Shown here one piece after another: positions 19,937 through 28,835 of a stretch of 64,000 nucleotides of DNA (positions are counted from its first letter, which is position 1; the number at the start of each line of letters is the position of its first letter). Under the pieces are notes generated by a model. It ran no database searches and was not told where the DNA came from. It saw only the letters and a list, made by a program, of their open reading frames with translations. The stretch spans positions 672,001-736,000 of the forward strand of contig CAVSGO010000007.1 in the NCBI GenBank assembly GCA_963727525.1. Direction: 5' to 3'. This DNA is from an uncultured bacterium. GTDB taxonomy: Bacteria; Krumholzibacteriota; Krumholzibacteriia; LZORAL124-64-63. Position numbers and translations under genes: made by a program.

Positions 19937-20692
19937 ATGACGTGGTGGACCACGATCATCGGCACCGCACTCGATCTGGTGTATCCCGAGCACTGCCTCG
20001 TCTGCGGTGCCGCCCGTGACGGGCGCGCGTGGACGGCAGCCGGCGCGCGGGTACGCGGACTGGCGCGATGGGATGCCACGCACCTCTGCGCCGGATGCGC
20101 CAAGGATCTCGCGGCGCCGCCGCGGTGGGGCGCAGTCGACGCGGTGCCCGTGGTCGCGGCGCAGCCGGAGGGTGCCACGCTCGTGGCCCTCGTGGGCGCG
20201 TGCAAGTACCGGGGATTGCGCGGCGTCGCCTGGCCGCTCGGACGCTTGCTGGGGCCGGCGGCGCAGGCGGCACGCGCGCGGTATGGCGACGTCGACGCCC
20301 TCGTGCCGGTGCCTCTGCACCCGCGACGGCAACGCGAGCGCGGCTTCAATCAGGCGGCATTGCTAGCCGGGGTCGTCGCGGTCGAACTGGGTCTGCGCGT
20401 GGACGCCCATGTCCTGGCGCGCCGGCGCGCCACCGGCCAGCAGGCGAGCTTGCCGACGGAGGGTTCGGCGCGCGACGCGAACGTCGCCGGCGTGTTCGTG
20501 GCGCGTGAAGTGGGCGACGCCCGGGTGGCGCTGGTCGATGATCTCGTGACCACCGGGGCCACCTGGCGCGCGGCGCGCGATGCACTCGCGGACGCCGGCT
20601 GGACGGTGGCCTGGGGGCTCGCCCTGGGCCTGGCGGCGCGTCTGGACGCGGCGGAACCGGCCAGCCTTGACACGCCTGAAGCTCATTCGTAG
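19937..20692 (+). CDS. comF: ComF family amidophosphoribosyltransferase-like protein
   Basis: CxxC...CxxC; VPVPLH..R..ERGFNQA; LVDDLVTTGAT. Confidence 0.88.
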   Translation: MTWWTTIIGTALDLVYPEHCLVCGAARDGRAWTAAGARVRGLARWDATHLCAGCAKDLAAPPRWGAVDAVPVVAAQPEGATLVALVGACKYRGLRGVAWPLGRLLGPAAQAARARYGDVDALVPVPLHPRRQRERGFNQAALLAGVVAVELGLRVDAHVLARRRATGQQASLPTEGSARDANVAGVFVAREVGDARVALVDDLVTTGATWRAARDALADAGWTVAWGLALGLAARLDAAEPASLDTPEAHS

Positions 20693-20695
20693 TAT
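20667..20695 (+). promoter_or_regulatory. Sigma70-type promoter of pgk (overlaps the comF 3' end)
   Basis: TTGACA-17 bp-TAGTAT. Confidence 0.6.
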
Positions 20696-20787
20696 CCGGC
20701 CACATTGACTTGTGAAGGAATGATTTAGCCTCTATCGATTTCTGGGGGCGATCCCGGACGAGGCGTGCGCGAAAAGGAGCCGTGACG

Positions 20788-21984
20788 ATGAAGAAGCTGA
20801 GTATCGAGCAGCTCGACGCGAAGGGGATCCGCGTGCTGATGCGCGTCGACTTCAACGTCCCTCTCGACAAGGATGGTCGCATCACCGACGACACGCGCAT
20901 CCGGGCTGCGCTGCCGTCGATCGAGCGCATCATCGCCGGGGGCGGCAGCGTGATCCTGATGAGCCACCTCGGGCGGCCGAAGGGCGAGATCAAGCCCGAG
21001 TACTCGCTGCGCCCGGCGGCCGACCGCCTCGCGCAGCTCGTGTCGGCGCCGGTGAAGTTCGCATCCGACACGGTGGGACCCGACGCCACGGCCAAGGCCG
21101 AAGCGCTGGCTGCCGGTGAGATCCTGGTGCTGGAGAACCTGCGCTTCAATGCGGGCGAGACCAGGAACGACGCCGGTTTCGCGCGGGCTCTCGCAGCCCT
21201 CGGCGATGCCTACGTCAATGATGCCTTCGGCACCGCTCACCGCGCCCATGCCTCCACTGTCGGCGTGGCCGGGGCGTTTCCCCTCGCCTATGCCGGCCTG
21301 CTGATGCAGAAGGAGCTCGACCACCTTGGCGGCATGCTCGAGAACCCGGCGCGGCCGTTCGTCGCTGTGCTTGGCGGAGCCAAGGTGGACAGCAAGGTCG
21401 ATGTCATCCGCAACTTGCTCGATCGGGTCGACACCCTGTTGCTCGGCGGTGGCATGATCTTCACCTTCTTCGAGTGCATGGGGCTGAGCATCGGCGAGAG
21501 CCTGCTCGACGCGGACAGTGTCCCGGTGGCAAAGGAGATCCTCGACAAGTCGAGGAGCGGCCGGGCCAAGCTCGTCCTGCCGACGGACGTCGTCGTGTCC
21601 ACCGACTTCAGCGAGCATGGTCAGCGCAAGACCGTGCTCGTGACCGACATCCCCGACGGGTGGCAGGGGCTCGACATCGGACCTGATACCATCACGCGAT
21701 TCAGCGCGGTGATCGGCGGGGCGCGCGCGATCTTCTGGAACGGCCCGATGGGAGTCTTCGAGATCCCGGCCTTCGCGGCCGGCACCCGAGCCATGGGCGA
21801 GGCCATCGCGCAGGCCACGGGTGCGGGGGCGACGAGTGTGGTGGGGGGCGGCGATAGTGTCGCGGCCCTGAACCAGCTCGGTCTGGCCGACCGCATCAGC
21901 CATGTGTCCACCGGGGGTGGCGCCTCCCTCGAGTTCATGGCGGGGGACACCCTGCCCGGCGTAACCGCGCTCACTGACGCCTGA
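20788..21984 (+). CDS. pgk: Phosphoglycerate kinase (alternative GTG start at 20782)
   Basis: RVDFNVP, SHLGRP, NDAFGTAHRAHAS, WNGPMGVFE, STGGGASLE. Confidence 0.98.
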   Translation: MKKLSIEQLDAKGIRVLMRVDFNVPLDKDGRITDDTRIRAALPSIERIIAGGGSVILMSHLGRPKGEIKPEYSLRPAADRLAQLVSAPVKFASDTVGPDATAKAEALAAGEILVLENLRFNAGETRNDAGFARALAALGDAYVNDAFGTAHRAHASTVGVAGAFPLAYAGLLMQKELDHLGGMLENPARPFVAVLGGAKVDSKVDVIRNLLDRVDTLLLGGGMIFTFFECMGLSIGESLLDADSVPVAKEILDKSRSGRAKLVLPTDVVVSTDFSEHGQRKTVLVTDIPDGWQGLDIGPDTITRFSAVIGGARAIFWNGPMGVFEIPAFAAGTRAMGEAIAQATGAGATSVVGGGDSVAALNQLGLADRISHVSTGGGASLEFMAGDTLPGVTALTDA

Positions 21985-21999
21985 TCCGGGCGCGGTCAG

Positions 22000-22029
22000 T
22001 TGACAACGGGGCGCCGGACGTATTAGATT
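22000..22029 (+). promoter_or_regulatory. Sigma70-type promoter of secG-tRNA-Leu
   Basis: TTGACA-18 bp-TAGATT. Confidence 0.55.
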
Positions 22030-22105
22030 GCTAGCCCTTCGACCGCTAGACCCGGCCTATCCGGGGGCGGCGTGGGTTTTGTTGTGTCAGGCGCAGGAGA
22101 TTCGC

Positions 22106-22504
22106 ATGTATACGCTACTCGTCATCGTCCACGTGATCGTCAGTCTGGTGCTGTGCGTCGTCGTCCTGCTCCAGTCGAGCAAGGGTGGCGGTCTGGCCGG
22201 AGCCTTCGGGGGGGCCGGCGGTGCGCCCCAGCAGATCCTCGGCTCGCGGGGCATGACCACGCTGCTGCACAAGCTCACGATCTATTGCGGCATCGGGTTC
22301 ATGGTGACCTCGCTCTCGCTCTTCATCCTCGGAGGGCACGCGACAAGCCAGTCTGGCGGCGTGCTCAACGAGCGGGTGCGCAAGGGCGAGATGGCGCCGG
22401 AGCAGACGATGCCCGCGCCTTCCGATCAGCAACTCCCGCCACCGCCGGCCACCGGCAACGGTCAGCCGCAGGAGACTCCGGCGCAAGGCGGCGGAGGTCA
22501 GTAG
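22106..22504 (+). CDS. secG: Preprotein translocase subunit SecG
   Basis: VLLQSSKGGGLAGAFGG, two TMs, P/Q-rich tail; followed by tRNA-Leu. Confidence 0.93.
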   Translation: MYTLLVIVHVIVSLVLCVVVLLQSSKGGGLAGAFGGAGGAPQQILGSRGMTTLLHKLTIYCGIGFMVTSLSLFILGGHATSQSGGVLNERVRKGEMAPEQTMPAPSDQQLPPPPATGNGQPQETPAQGGGGQ

Positions 22505-22513
22505 AGATGTCGG

Positions 22514-22599
22514 GCCCGGGTGGTGGAATTGGTAGACACGCTATCTTGAGGGGGTAGTGGCCACAAGCCGTGCGGGTTCGAATCCCGCCCCGGGCACCA
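22514..22599 (+). tRNA. tRNA-Leu (anticodon GAG)
   Basis: GCCCGGG acceptor stem, CTATC-TTGAGGG-GGTAG anticodon arm, long variable arm, GGTTCGAATCC, encoded CCA. Confidence 0.97.
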
Positions 22600-22606
22600 C
22601 GCACAT

Positions 22607-22642
22607 GACGAGCCCTCGACCGCATGGTCGGGGGCTCGTTTC
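22607..22642 (+). terminator. Hairpin after tRNA-Leu
   Basis: ACGAGCCCTCGACC-gcat-GGTCGGGGGCTCGT followed by a short T run. Confidence 0.6.
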
Positions 22643-22775
22643 ATGGGTGACTGTGGAGTGCGCGCACCATCGCGCGACACCCGGATGACGCGTCGTCGAC
22701 GTCGCGACCATTTCAGGAGGCGTGCCGGGTCGGTCGGGGCCGCGCAGAATTCAACACGAATATGAGAAAAATTTG

Positions 22776-22805
22776 TTGACACTCTTCGCAACTGTTCGAA
22801 ATAAT
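22776..22805 (+). promoter_or_regulatory. Sigma70-type promoter of the histone H1-like gene
   Basis: TTGACA-18 bp-AATAAT with an AT-rich upstream region. Confidence 0.5.
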
Positions 22806-22935
22806 GCGGGAGCTTTCGTGCGATCCGCAAATGTACGGAAGATGTATAGCTCGCGCGACGGGACCTAAAGGTGCAGGGACCACGGGCGAGCAACAGGATC
22901 AACACAAGTGAGGTCCAAGGATGGAGGAGAGAACC

Positions 22936-23370
22936 ATGGCTGCTGCCACGGCAATGAAGAAGACGGCGAAGAAGGCCGCCAAGAAGAAGGCGACCAAGAA
23001 GAAGGCGACCAAGAAGAAGGCCACGAAGAAGAAGGTCACCAAGAAGGCCGCCAAGAAGAAGGCCACGAAGAAGAAGGCCACCAAGAAGAAGGCCACGAAG
23101 AAGAAGGTCACCAAGAAGGCCGCCAAGAAGAAGGCCACCAAGAAGCGGGCCGCGAAGAAGAAGGCGACCAAGAAGAAGGCGACCAAGAAGAAGGCGACCA
23201 AGAAGAAGGCGACCAAGAAGAAGGCCACCAAGAAGAAGGCCACGAAGAAGAAGGCCACCAAGAAGAAGGCCACCAAGAAGGCGGCGAAGAAGAAGGCCAC
23301 CAAGAAGAAGGCGACGAAGAAGGCCGCGAAGCGGCGCGTCGTGCGCAAGAAGACGGCCAAGATGGCCTAA
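22936..23370 (+). CDS. Histone H1-like (HC2/AlgP-type) Lys/Ala/Thr-repeat nucleoid protein
   Basis: Almost wholly KKATK/KKAAK repeats; GGAGGA RBS; own promoter and terminator; variation confined mainly to third codon positions. Confidence 0.8.
   Translation: MAAATAMKKTAKKAAKKKATKKKATKKKATKKKVTKKAAKKKATKKKATKKKATKKKVTKKAAKKKATKKRAAKKKATKKKATKKKATKKKATKKKATKKKATKKKATKKKATKKAAKKKATKKKATKKAAKRRVVRKKTAKMA
22969..23331 (+). repeat. Coding tandem repeat, 15-nt unit AAGAAGGC(C/G)AC(C/G)AAG
   Basis: More than 20 directly visible imperfect units. Confidence 0.95.
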
Positions 23371-23415
23371 GCCAAAGGGGGAGCCGACCCTTGCGGGGGC
23401 CGGTTTCCTGCCGCG

Positions 23416-23449
23416 AAAGCCGCCCGACGCAAGCCGGGCGGCTTTTTTA
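23416..23449 (+). terminator. Rho-independent terminator of the histone-like gene
   Basis: AAAGCCGCCCG-acgcaagc-CGGGCGGCTTTTTT. Confidence 0.85.
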
Positions 23450-23466
23450 TGCCCCGAGCCGGGCCG

Positions 23467-23497
23467 AAAAAAGCCCCCGACCGGCAGGTCGGGGGCG
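23467..23497 (-). terminator. Rho-independent terminator of the convergent beta-barrel gene
   Basis: AAAAAA-GCCCCCGACC-ggca-GGTCGGGGGC on the + strand, giving a hairpin plus U6 on the minus strand. Confidence 0.8.
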
Positions 23498-23521
23498 CTG
23501 CGGCGAGGCTGCGATGGCGCG

Positions 23522-24370
23522 TTAGTGGCGGACGTGGTGTGATCGGGACTTCACGTCCTCGGCGTGGGCATGGCGGACGGCGGGCGGCAGGACGTCCACG
23601 AAGTACGTCAGACCGATCTGCGCGTCGACGTAGGTCAGCCGCGTGTTGTACTGGAGCTCGGACCGGTTCATGGCGAACGTGGTCGTGTTGAGACGACCGA
23701 AGATGCCGACGTTGCCGGCCAAGGGGCGCTCGAGTCCCAGGGAGGCGGCTAGGTAGAGTTCGCCGCGGTCCTTGATGTTCGTGAATCGGTTGATGATGCC
23801 GCCGAACCCCAATCCGATGGATGGGTGGATTCCCAGGACACGGAATTGCCCCAACTCGTAGTTGAGCGTCAGGCTTGCCCTGTAGATCGTGACGTTCGGG
23901 TCGCGGTCGATCTCCTCGGTGAACGGATGGTCGGGATCGTCCGGGTTCTTGTTGACCATCGTCAGGATCGCCTGGCTGCTGGCGTAGGAGGCGGCGAGGT
24001 CGATGTGGACGTCGTCGTTCAGCCAGGTGCCGAGCTTCATGCCGAAGCCGGTGCCGGTATCGAGCTTCTTGACCGGGCCGTCATAAATGTCGCGGTCGTA
24101 GACGAGATTTTCGCCGTCGAACCCGAGGATGTCGTCGCTGCCCGCGGACACGTAGGTCCGGTCGCCGCGGACCGGCAGGTTCAGGTATTCCGCGCCGCTG
24201 AACCAGCCGCCGAAGATCGAGATCGTGTAGGCCTTGACCATGAAGTCGTCATACTCCATGTCGAGCTGCGGCGCGGTCTCCGTATCCTCCGTGGGATCCT
24301 GCGCGCGCGCGGGACTCGCGGGGGAGACGGCGAGCAGGCAGAGCAGAGCCAGAGTCAACCTCGATACCAT
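23522..24370 (-). CDS. Outer-membrane beta-barrel domain protein (OmpW/OMP_b-brl-like)
   Basis: Signal peptide ending ARA-Q; about 8 amphipathic strands (ISIFGGWF, FGMKLGTW, IGLGFGG, AQIGLTYF). Confidence 0.65.
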   Translation of the reverse strand: MVSRLTLALLCLLAVSPASPARAQDPTEDTETAPQLDMEYDDFMVKAYTISIFGGWFSGAEYLNLPVRGDRTYVSAGSDDILGFDGENLVYDRDIYDGPVKKLDTGTGFGMKLGTWLNDDVHIDLAASYASSQAILTMVNKNPDDPDHPFTEEIDRDPNVTIYRASLTLNYELGQFRVLGIHPSIGLGFGGIINRFTNIKDRGELYLAASLGLERPLAGNVGIFGRLNTTTFAMNRSELQYNTRLTYVDAQIGLTYFVDVLPPAVRHAHAEDVKSRSHHVRH

Positions 24371-24599
24371 GAAAAAACACCTCGACAGATCTCGCGGTTC
24401 GGGGTCGCGGCGGCAGGCCGAGCGACCGTCATGAAGGGTGCCTCGGCCGCGCCGACCACGCGACAGGGCAACGCCTAACGGTAACGTGCCCACCAGGGGG
24501 TGTCCAGGCTTTTCGCCCGGCTAAACCCATGGAATAAGAATAGGTAACCGGGCCGATCCGCACAAGCACAGGGCGGCACGAAGGTCACGGCAGGCTGTG

Positions 24600-24628
24600 T
24601 TGACAGTCTCCTGGCTGCGGACTACTAT
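24600..24628 (+). promoter_or_regulatory. Sigma70-type promoter of the EF-G paralog and yebC
   Basis: TTGACA-17 bp-TACTAT. Confidence 0.7.
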
Positions 24629-24748
24629 TGATCTTCGCGCGAAAATCGGCCATCCGCCCCGCTACCAAGGAGATCCGGTCGTCGCCGGCGGGGCGGCTCG
24701 TGACGCCAGCCAGCGGGAGCGACCGCCTGCCGCTCGGGAGGACGATCC

Positions 24749-26842
24749 TTGAAGAGCTATCCAGTGGACAAGATCCGGAATATCGCCCTCATCGCTCCGC
24801 ATGGCGTCGGCAAGACGTCGATCGGCGATGCCATGCTGCACCTGACCGGGAAGGTCGGACGGCGTGGCAATGTCGACGATGGCAGCTCGGTCTTCGACTT
24901 CCTCGACGAGGAGATCGAGAAGAAGGAGACCGTCAGCGCATCGCTGGCCTGGACGGAGGTCGGTGGCTGCAAGATCAACATCATTGACACTCCGGGTGTC
25001 GATGATTTTCGCGGCGACGTCTATGCCTCCCTGGCCGCCATCGAGGGCGCGGTCTTCGTCGTCAAGGCCGACGGTGGCTGGGAAGTGGCGTCGGACAGTC
25101 TGTGGCATCTGCTGCGCGGACACGACATGCCCACCCTGGTCGTGATCAATCGCATGAATAAGGAGCACGCGCACTGGCAGGAAACGCTGGCGTCGATCCA
25201 GGAACGCGTGGGTCCCAACGCCGTGCCAGTGCAGCTGCCCTGGGGCGATGGCGAGCATTTCAAGGGCGTGGTCGACCTGCTCACGATGAACGCTTACGAG
25301 TTCGAGGGTGGCAATCGCGTGCAGCGTGACATCCCGGCTGCTCTGAAGGATACGGCGGCGCGCGCGCGCGAGGCCCTCATGGATCCGGCGGCCGAGGCCG
25401 TCGACGCGCTCATGGAGAAGTACCTGGAGGAGGGGAACCTCACCGACGAGGAACTGGCCCAGGGCCTGAATGCGGGCATCACCGCGGGCACGATCTTCCC
25501 CGTCTTCTACACCGCGGCCGACACCGAGATCGGCGTGATGACGTTGCTCGAGGCCGTCACGACGCTCATCCCCAGCCCGGCCACCCGTACCGAGATCAAG
25601 GGCATCGACCCGGACACCAAGGCCGAGGCCACGTTCGCGTGCAGCCCCGACGGCGACCAGCTCGTGTACGGCTTCAAGAAGCAGTACGAGGCCCAGGGCG
25701 GCGATATCGTGTGGCTCCGCGTGTTCAGCGGTCACGTCAAGAGTGGTGACAACCTCACGACCAGCACCGGCGCCGGTGCCGAGCGCCTGGGCCAGATGAG
25801 CGCCGCCATCGGCAAGACGAAGGACAAGGTCGAGGACGTGACCATGGGCGACATCGTGCAGGCTGCCAAGCTCAAGATCACGGCCACCGGCACCACTCTG
25901 CATTCGCAGGGCAAGGCCTTCGCCCTGCCGCCGATCCCTTACCCCGTGCCCACCTTCGCCGAGGCGATCACGCCGACCGTAGCGGGCGACGAGGACAAGA
26001 TGGCCTCCGGCATCAACCGTATCCACGAGGAAGACCCGTCCTTCGAGATGCGGCACATGGCCGACCTGCACCAGACGCTCCTGGTGACGCAGGGCGAGAT
26101 CCACACCAGCTTCATTCTCGAGAAGCTGAAGAAGCTCAACGGCGTCGAGGTCGAGCGCTCACGTCCGCGCGTCGCGTTCAAGGAGACCGTCGAGGGCAAG
26201 ACCGAGAAGCAGGGCCGGCACAAGAAGCAGACCGGCGGTCGCGGTCAGTTCGGCGACGTGCACCTGCGGATCGAGGCCCGGGCCCGCGGCGAGGGCTTCG
26301 AGTTCGCTGACGAGATCGTCGGCGGCGTGGTGCCCAACAAGTTCATCCCCGCCGTCGAGAAGGGTGCGCGTGAGACGCTCAGGGAAGGCCTGATCGCCGG
26401 CTACGAGATGGTCGACGTCAGGGTGGCCCTGTTCTTCGGTTCGTACCACAACGTCGACTCGAGCGAGGCCGCATTCAAGTCGGCCACCCGCATCGCCCTG
26501 CGCAAGGCTGTGGAGGAAGACGCCGACAAGCTGCGGCCGATCATCCTCGAGCCCGTGATGCTGGTGCGCATCGTCGTGCCGCAGGCGTACATGGGCGACG
26601 TCATGGGCGACATTTCCACGCGCCGCGGCTCCATTCAGGGTAGCGACACCGACGGCCCCTACCAGGTCGTCAAGGCGCATGTCCCGGAGGACGAGCTGTA
26701 CGGCTATGCCACCACCCTGCGGTCGATGACGCAGGGCACGGGCACCTTCACCATGGAGTTCTCGCACTACGCCAAGGTACCCGGCGACGTGCAGAAACGC
26801 CTGATGGAGGAATACAAGAAGCGCCATACCGAGAGCGAATAG
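24749..26842 (+). CDS. fusA: Elongation factor G paralog (EF-G2-like)
   Basis: Five-domain EF-G layout; KQTGGRGQFG, SYHNVDSSE, LRSMTQG; divergent G-domain motifs; not in an rpsL-rpsG-tuf context. Confidence 0.92.
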   Translation: MKSYPVDKIRNIALIAPHGVGKTSIGDAMLHLTGKVGRRGNVDDGSSVFDFLDEEIEKKETVSASLAWTEVGGCKINIIDTPGVDDFRGDVYASLAAIEGAVFVVKADGGWEVASDSLWHLLRGHDMPTLVVINRMNKEHAHWQETLASIQERVGPNAVPVQLPWGDGEHFKGVVDLLTMNAYEFEGGNRVQRDIPAALKDTAARAREALMDPAAEAVDALMEKYLEEGNLTDEELAQGLNAGITAGTIFPVFYTAADTEIGVMTLLEAVTTLIPSPATRTEIKGIDPDTKAEATFACSPDGDQLVYGFKKQYEAQGGDIVWLRVFSGHVKSGDNLTTSTGAGAERLGQMSAAIGKTKDKVEDVTMGDIVQAAKLKITATGTTLHSQGKAFALPPIPYPVPTFAEAITPTVAGDEDKMASGINRIHEEDPSFEMRHMADLHQTLLVTQGEIHTSFILEKLKKLNGVEVERSRPRVAFKETVEGKTEKQGRHKKQTGGRGQFGDVHLRIEARARGEGFEFADEIVGGVVPNKFIPAVEKGARETLREGLIAGYEMVDVRVALFFGSYHNVDSSEAAFKSATRIALRKAVEEDADKLRPIILEPVMLVRIVVPQAYMGDVMGDISTRRGSIQGSDTDGPYQVVKAHVPEDELYGYATTLRSMTQGTGTFTMEFSHYAKVPGDVQKRLMEEYKKRHTESE

Positions 26843-26856
26843 GAGGGGGCGCGGCC

Positions 26857-27606
26857 ATGTCGGGACACTCCAAATGGTCGACCATCAAGCACAAGAAGGC
26901 GGCCACGGACGCCAAGCGTGCCAAGGTCTGGTCGCGGATCATCCGCGAGATCACGATCGCGTCTCGTCTTGGCGGCGGTGATGCCGACGCCAACCCGCGA
27001 CTGCGCGCCGCGCTCCTGACGGCCAAGGGCGCCAACATGCCCAAGGACACCGTCGAGAAGGCAATCAAGCGCGGCGCCGGTGATCTCGACGGTGCGATGT
27101 ACGAGGAGATCATGTACGAGGGCTACGGCCCCGGCGGCGTGGCCATCCTCGTCGAGACGCAGACGGACAACAAGAATCGCACGGCGGCCGAGGTGCGGCA
27201 CGTATTCAACAAGTACGGGGGCAAGCTGGGCTCGTCCGGCTGCGTGTCGTACCTCTTCGAACGCAAGGGGCAGGTCACGCTCGCGGGCGAGGGCACGAAT
27301 CTCGACGCCGTGATGGAAGCCGCCATCGAGGCCGGCGCCGAGGACGTGGAACAGAGCGACGATGTCTTCCTCGTCACCACGGCGATGGAGGACCTCCAGG
27401 TGGTGAGCCTGGCGCTCGCAGAGGCGGGCCTCGCCGTGACCGGTTCCGAGCTGGTGCTCGAGCCGGCCACCACGGTGAAGATCCTCGAGGACGACGCGAA
27501 GTCGCTGCTGCGGCTGATCGACTACCTGGACGATCTCGACGACGTGGCCAATGTGGCGGCGAACTTCGACATCGACGACGATGTCATGAGCAAGCTAGAC
27601 TCCTGA
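26857..27606 (+). CDS. yebC: YebC/PmpR family protein
   Basis: MSGHSKWSTIKHKK, YEGYGPGG, TDNKNRT. Confidence 0.97.
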   Translation: MSGHSKWSTIKHKKAATDAKRAKVWSRIIREITIASRLGGGDADANPRLRAALLTAKGANMPKDTVEKAIKRGAGDLDGAMYEEIMYEGYGPGGVAILVETQTDNKNRTAAEVRHVFNKYGGKLGSSGCVSYLFERKGQVTLAGEGTNLDAVMEAAIEAGAEDVEQSDDVFLVTTAMEDLQVVSLALAEAGLAVTGSELVLEPATTVKILEDDAKSLLRLIDYLDDLDDVANVAANFDIDDDVMSKLDS

Positions 27607-27619
27607 GCACGATGCGGAC

Positions 27620-27649
27620 GGGGGGCGGTCCGCCGCTCCCCTTTTTTTT
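27620..27649 (+). terminator. Rho-independent terminator between yebC and ruvC
   Basis: GGGGGGCGG-tccg-CCGCTCCCC followed by T8. Confidence 0.75.
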
Positions 27650-27675
27650 GGCCCGGATGGACGAGGGGCAAGCCC

Positions 27676-28176
27676 GTGCACATTCTCGGCATCGATCCCG
27701 GATCGCGGGCGACCGGCTGGGGCGTGATCGTCACCGCGCCGACACTGCGCTGCGCGGGGGCGGGCGTGATCCGGCCCAGCGATGCCTTGCCGCTCGCGCA
27801 ACGCCTCGCCGAGATCCACGCCGGTCTGTGCGAGGTGCTCGAGCGCCACGAGCCGCAGACCATGGCGGTGGAGAGTCTCTTCAACGCGCGCAATGCGCGG
27901 TCGTCGCTCATCCTCGGGCATGCGCGCGGCGTGGTGCTGCTGGCAGGGGCGCAGGCAGGCCTCGCCGTCTCCGAGTACGCGCCCGGCGAGGTGAAGCGAG
28001 CCGTCACCGGCAATGGACAGGCCGGCAAGGAGCAGGTGCGCTTCATGGTGATGCGGCTCCTGGGTCTGCGCGAACAGCCACCGCTCGATCAGAGCGACGC
28101 CCTCGCGGTCGCCCTGGCCCACGCCAGCCGTCAGGCGAGTGCGCGGGTGTCGGCGGCGGCGAGGGGGGCCTCGTGA
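27676..28176 (+). CDS. ruvC: Holliday junction resolvase RuvC
   Basis: ILGIDPG, AVE, GHARGV, DQSDALAVA. Confidence 0.96.
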   Translation: MHILGIDPGSRATGWGVIVTAPTLRCAGAGVIRPSDALPLAQRLAEIHAGLCEVLERHEPQTMAVESLFNARNARSSLILGHARGVVLLAGAQAGLAVSEYAPGEVKRAVTGNGQAGKEQVRFMVMRLLGLREQPPLDQSDALAVALAHASRQASARVSAAARGAS

Positions 28177-28796
28177 TCGCGTTCGTGGAGGGCGTGCTCG
28201 TGCGTGGCGGCACCGATGCCGTGGTCGCGGTGGCCGGCGGCGGCGTGGGGCTCGACGTGCTGCTCTCCAGCCGCGGCGCCGAACGTCTCCCCGCGGTGGG
28301 CGATCCCGTGCGGCTGTGGACCCATCTCGCCGTGCGCGAGGATGCCTGGACGCTCTATGGTTTCTCCGAGGCCGACGAGCGCGCCATGTTCCGCATGCTG
28401 ATCTCGGTGACCGGCATCGGCCCGAAGGTGGCGCTGTCCATGCTGTCGGGCGCCGCGGCGGTGGATATCGCGCGATTCCTGCAACGCGGAGATGAGGCGG
28501 CTCTCTCGCGCCTGCCGGGTATCGGCAAGAAGAGCGCGGCTCGTCTGGTGGTGGAACTGGGGCAACGCGTGCCCGCGGCCATGGCCGGCGGTGCCGAGGA
28601 GGGTCTCGTGACGGCCCACGCCGCGGGCGAAGCGCTGGGCGAGGCGGCCGCGGTGCTGGCGTCCCTGGGCCTTGCGCCGGTGGAGGCCGAGGCCCTGCTG
28701 CGCGAGGCGCGGGCGCACGCGCCGGCGGTGGCCGAGGAGATCGAGACCTGGGTGAAGGCGGCGCTCGCGCGCCTGGCACAGTCCCGTGGACGATAG
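28173..28796 (+). CDS. ruvA: Holliday junction branch migration protein RuvA
   Basis: VREDAWTLYGF, VTGIGPKVAL, LPGIGKKSAARL. Confidence 0.96.
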   Translation: MIAFVEGVLVRGGTDAVVAVAGGGVGLDVLLSSRGAERLPAVGDPVRLWTHLAVREDAWTLYGFSEADERAMFRMLISVTGIGPKVALSMLSGAAAVDIARFLQRGDEAALSRLPGIGKKSAARLVVELGQRVPAAMAGGAEEGLVTAHAAGEALGEAAAVLASLGLAPVEAEALLREARAHAPAVAEEIETWVKAALARLAQSRGR

Positions 28797-28835
28797 ACCG
28801 ACCAGGTAGACGACGACGATCGAAGAGGAAGACGC

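Noticed and set aside
22969-23331. Possible CRISPR array
   Set aside because: Contiguous coding repeats with no unique spacers and no cas genes.
22899-23525. Antisense hydrophobic (AFFLV)n ORF and alternate-frame acidic (EEGHQ)n ORF over the repeat
   Set aside because: Stop-free shadows of the 15-nt repeat. RBS, promoter, terminator and third-position variation all favour the Lys-rich frame.
22514-24500. Integrative element at tRNA-Leu
   Set aside because: No integrase and no duplicated tRNA 3' end seen.
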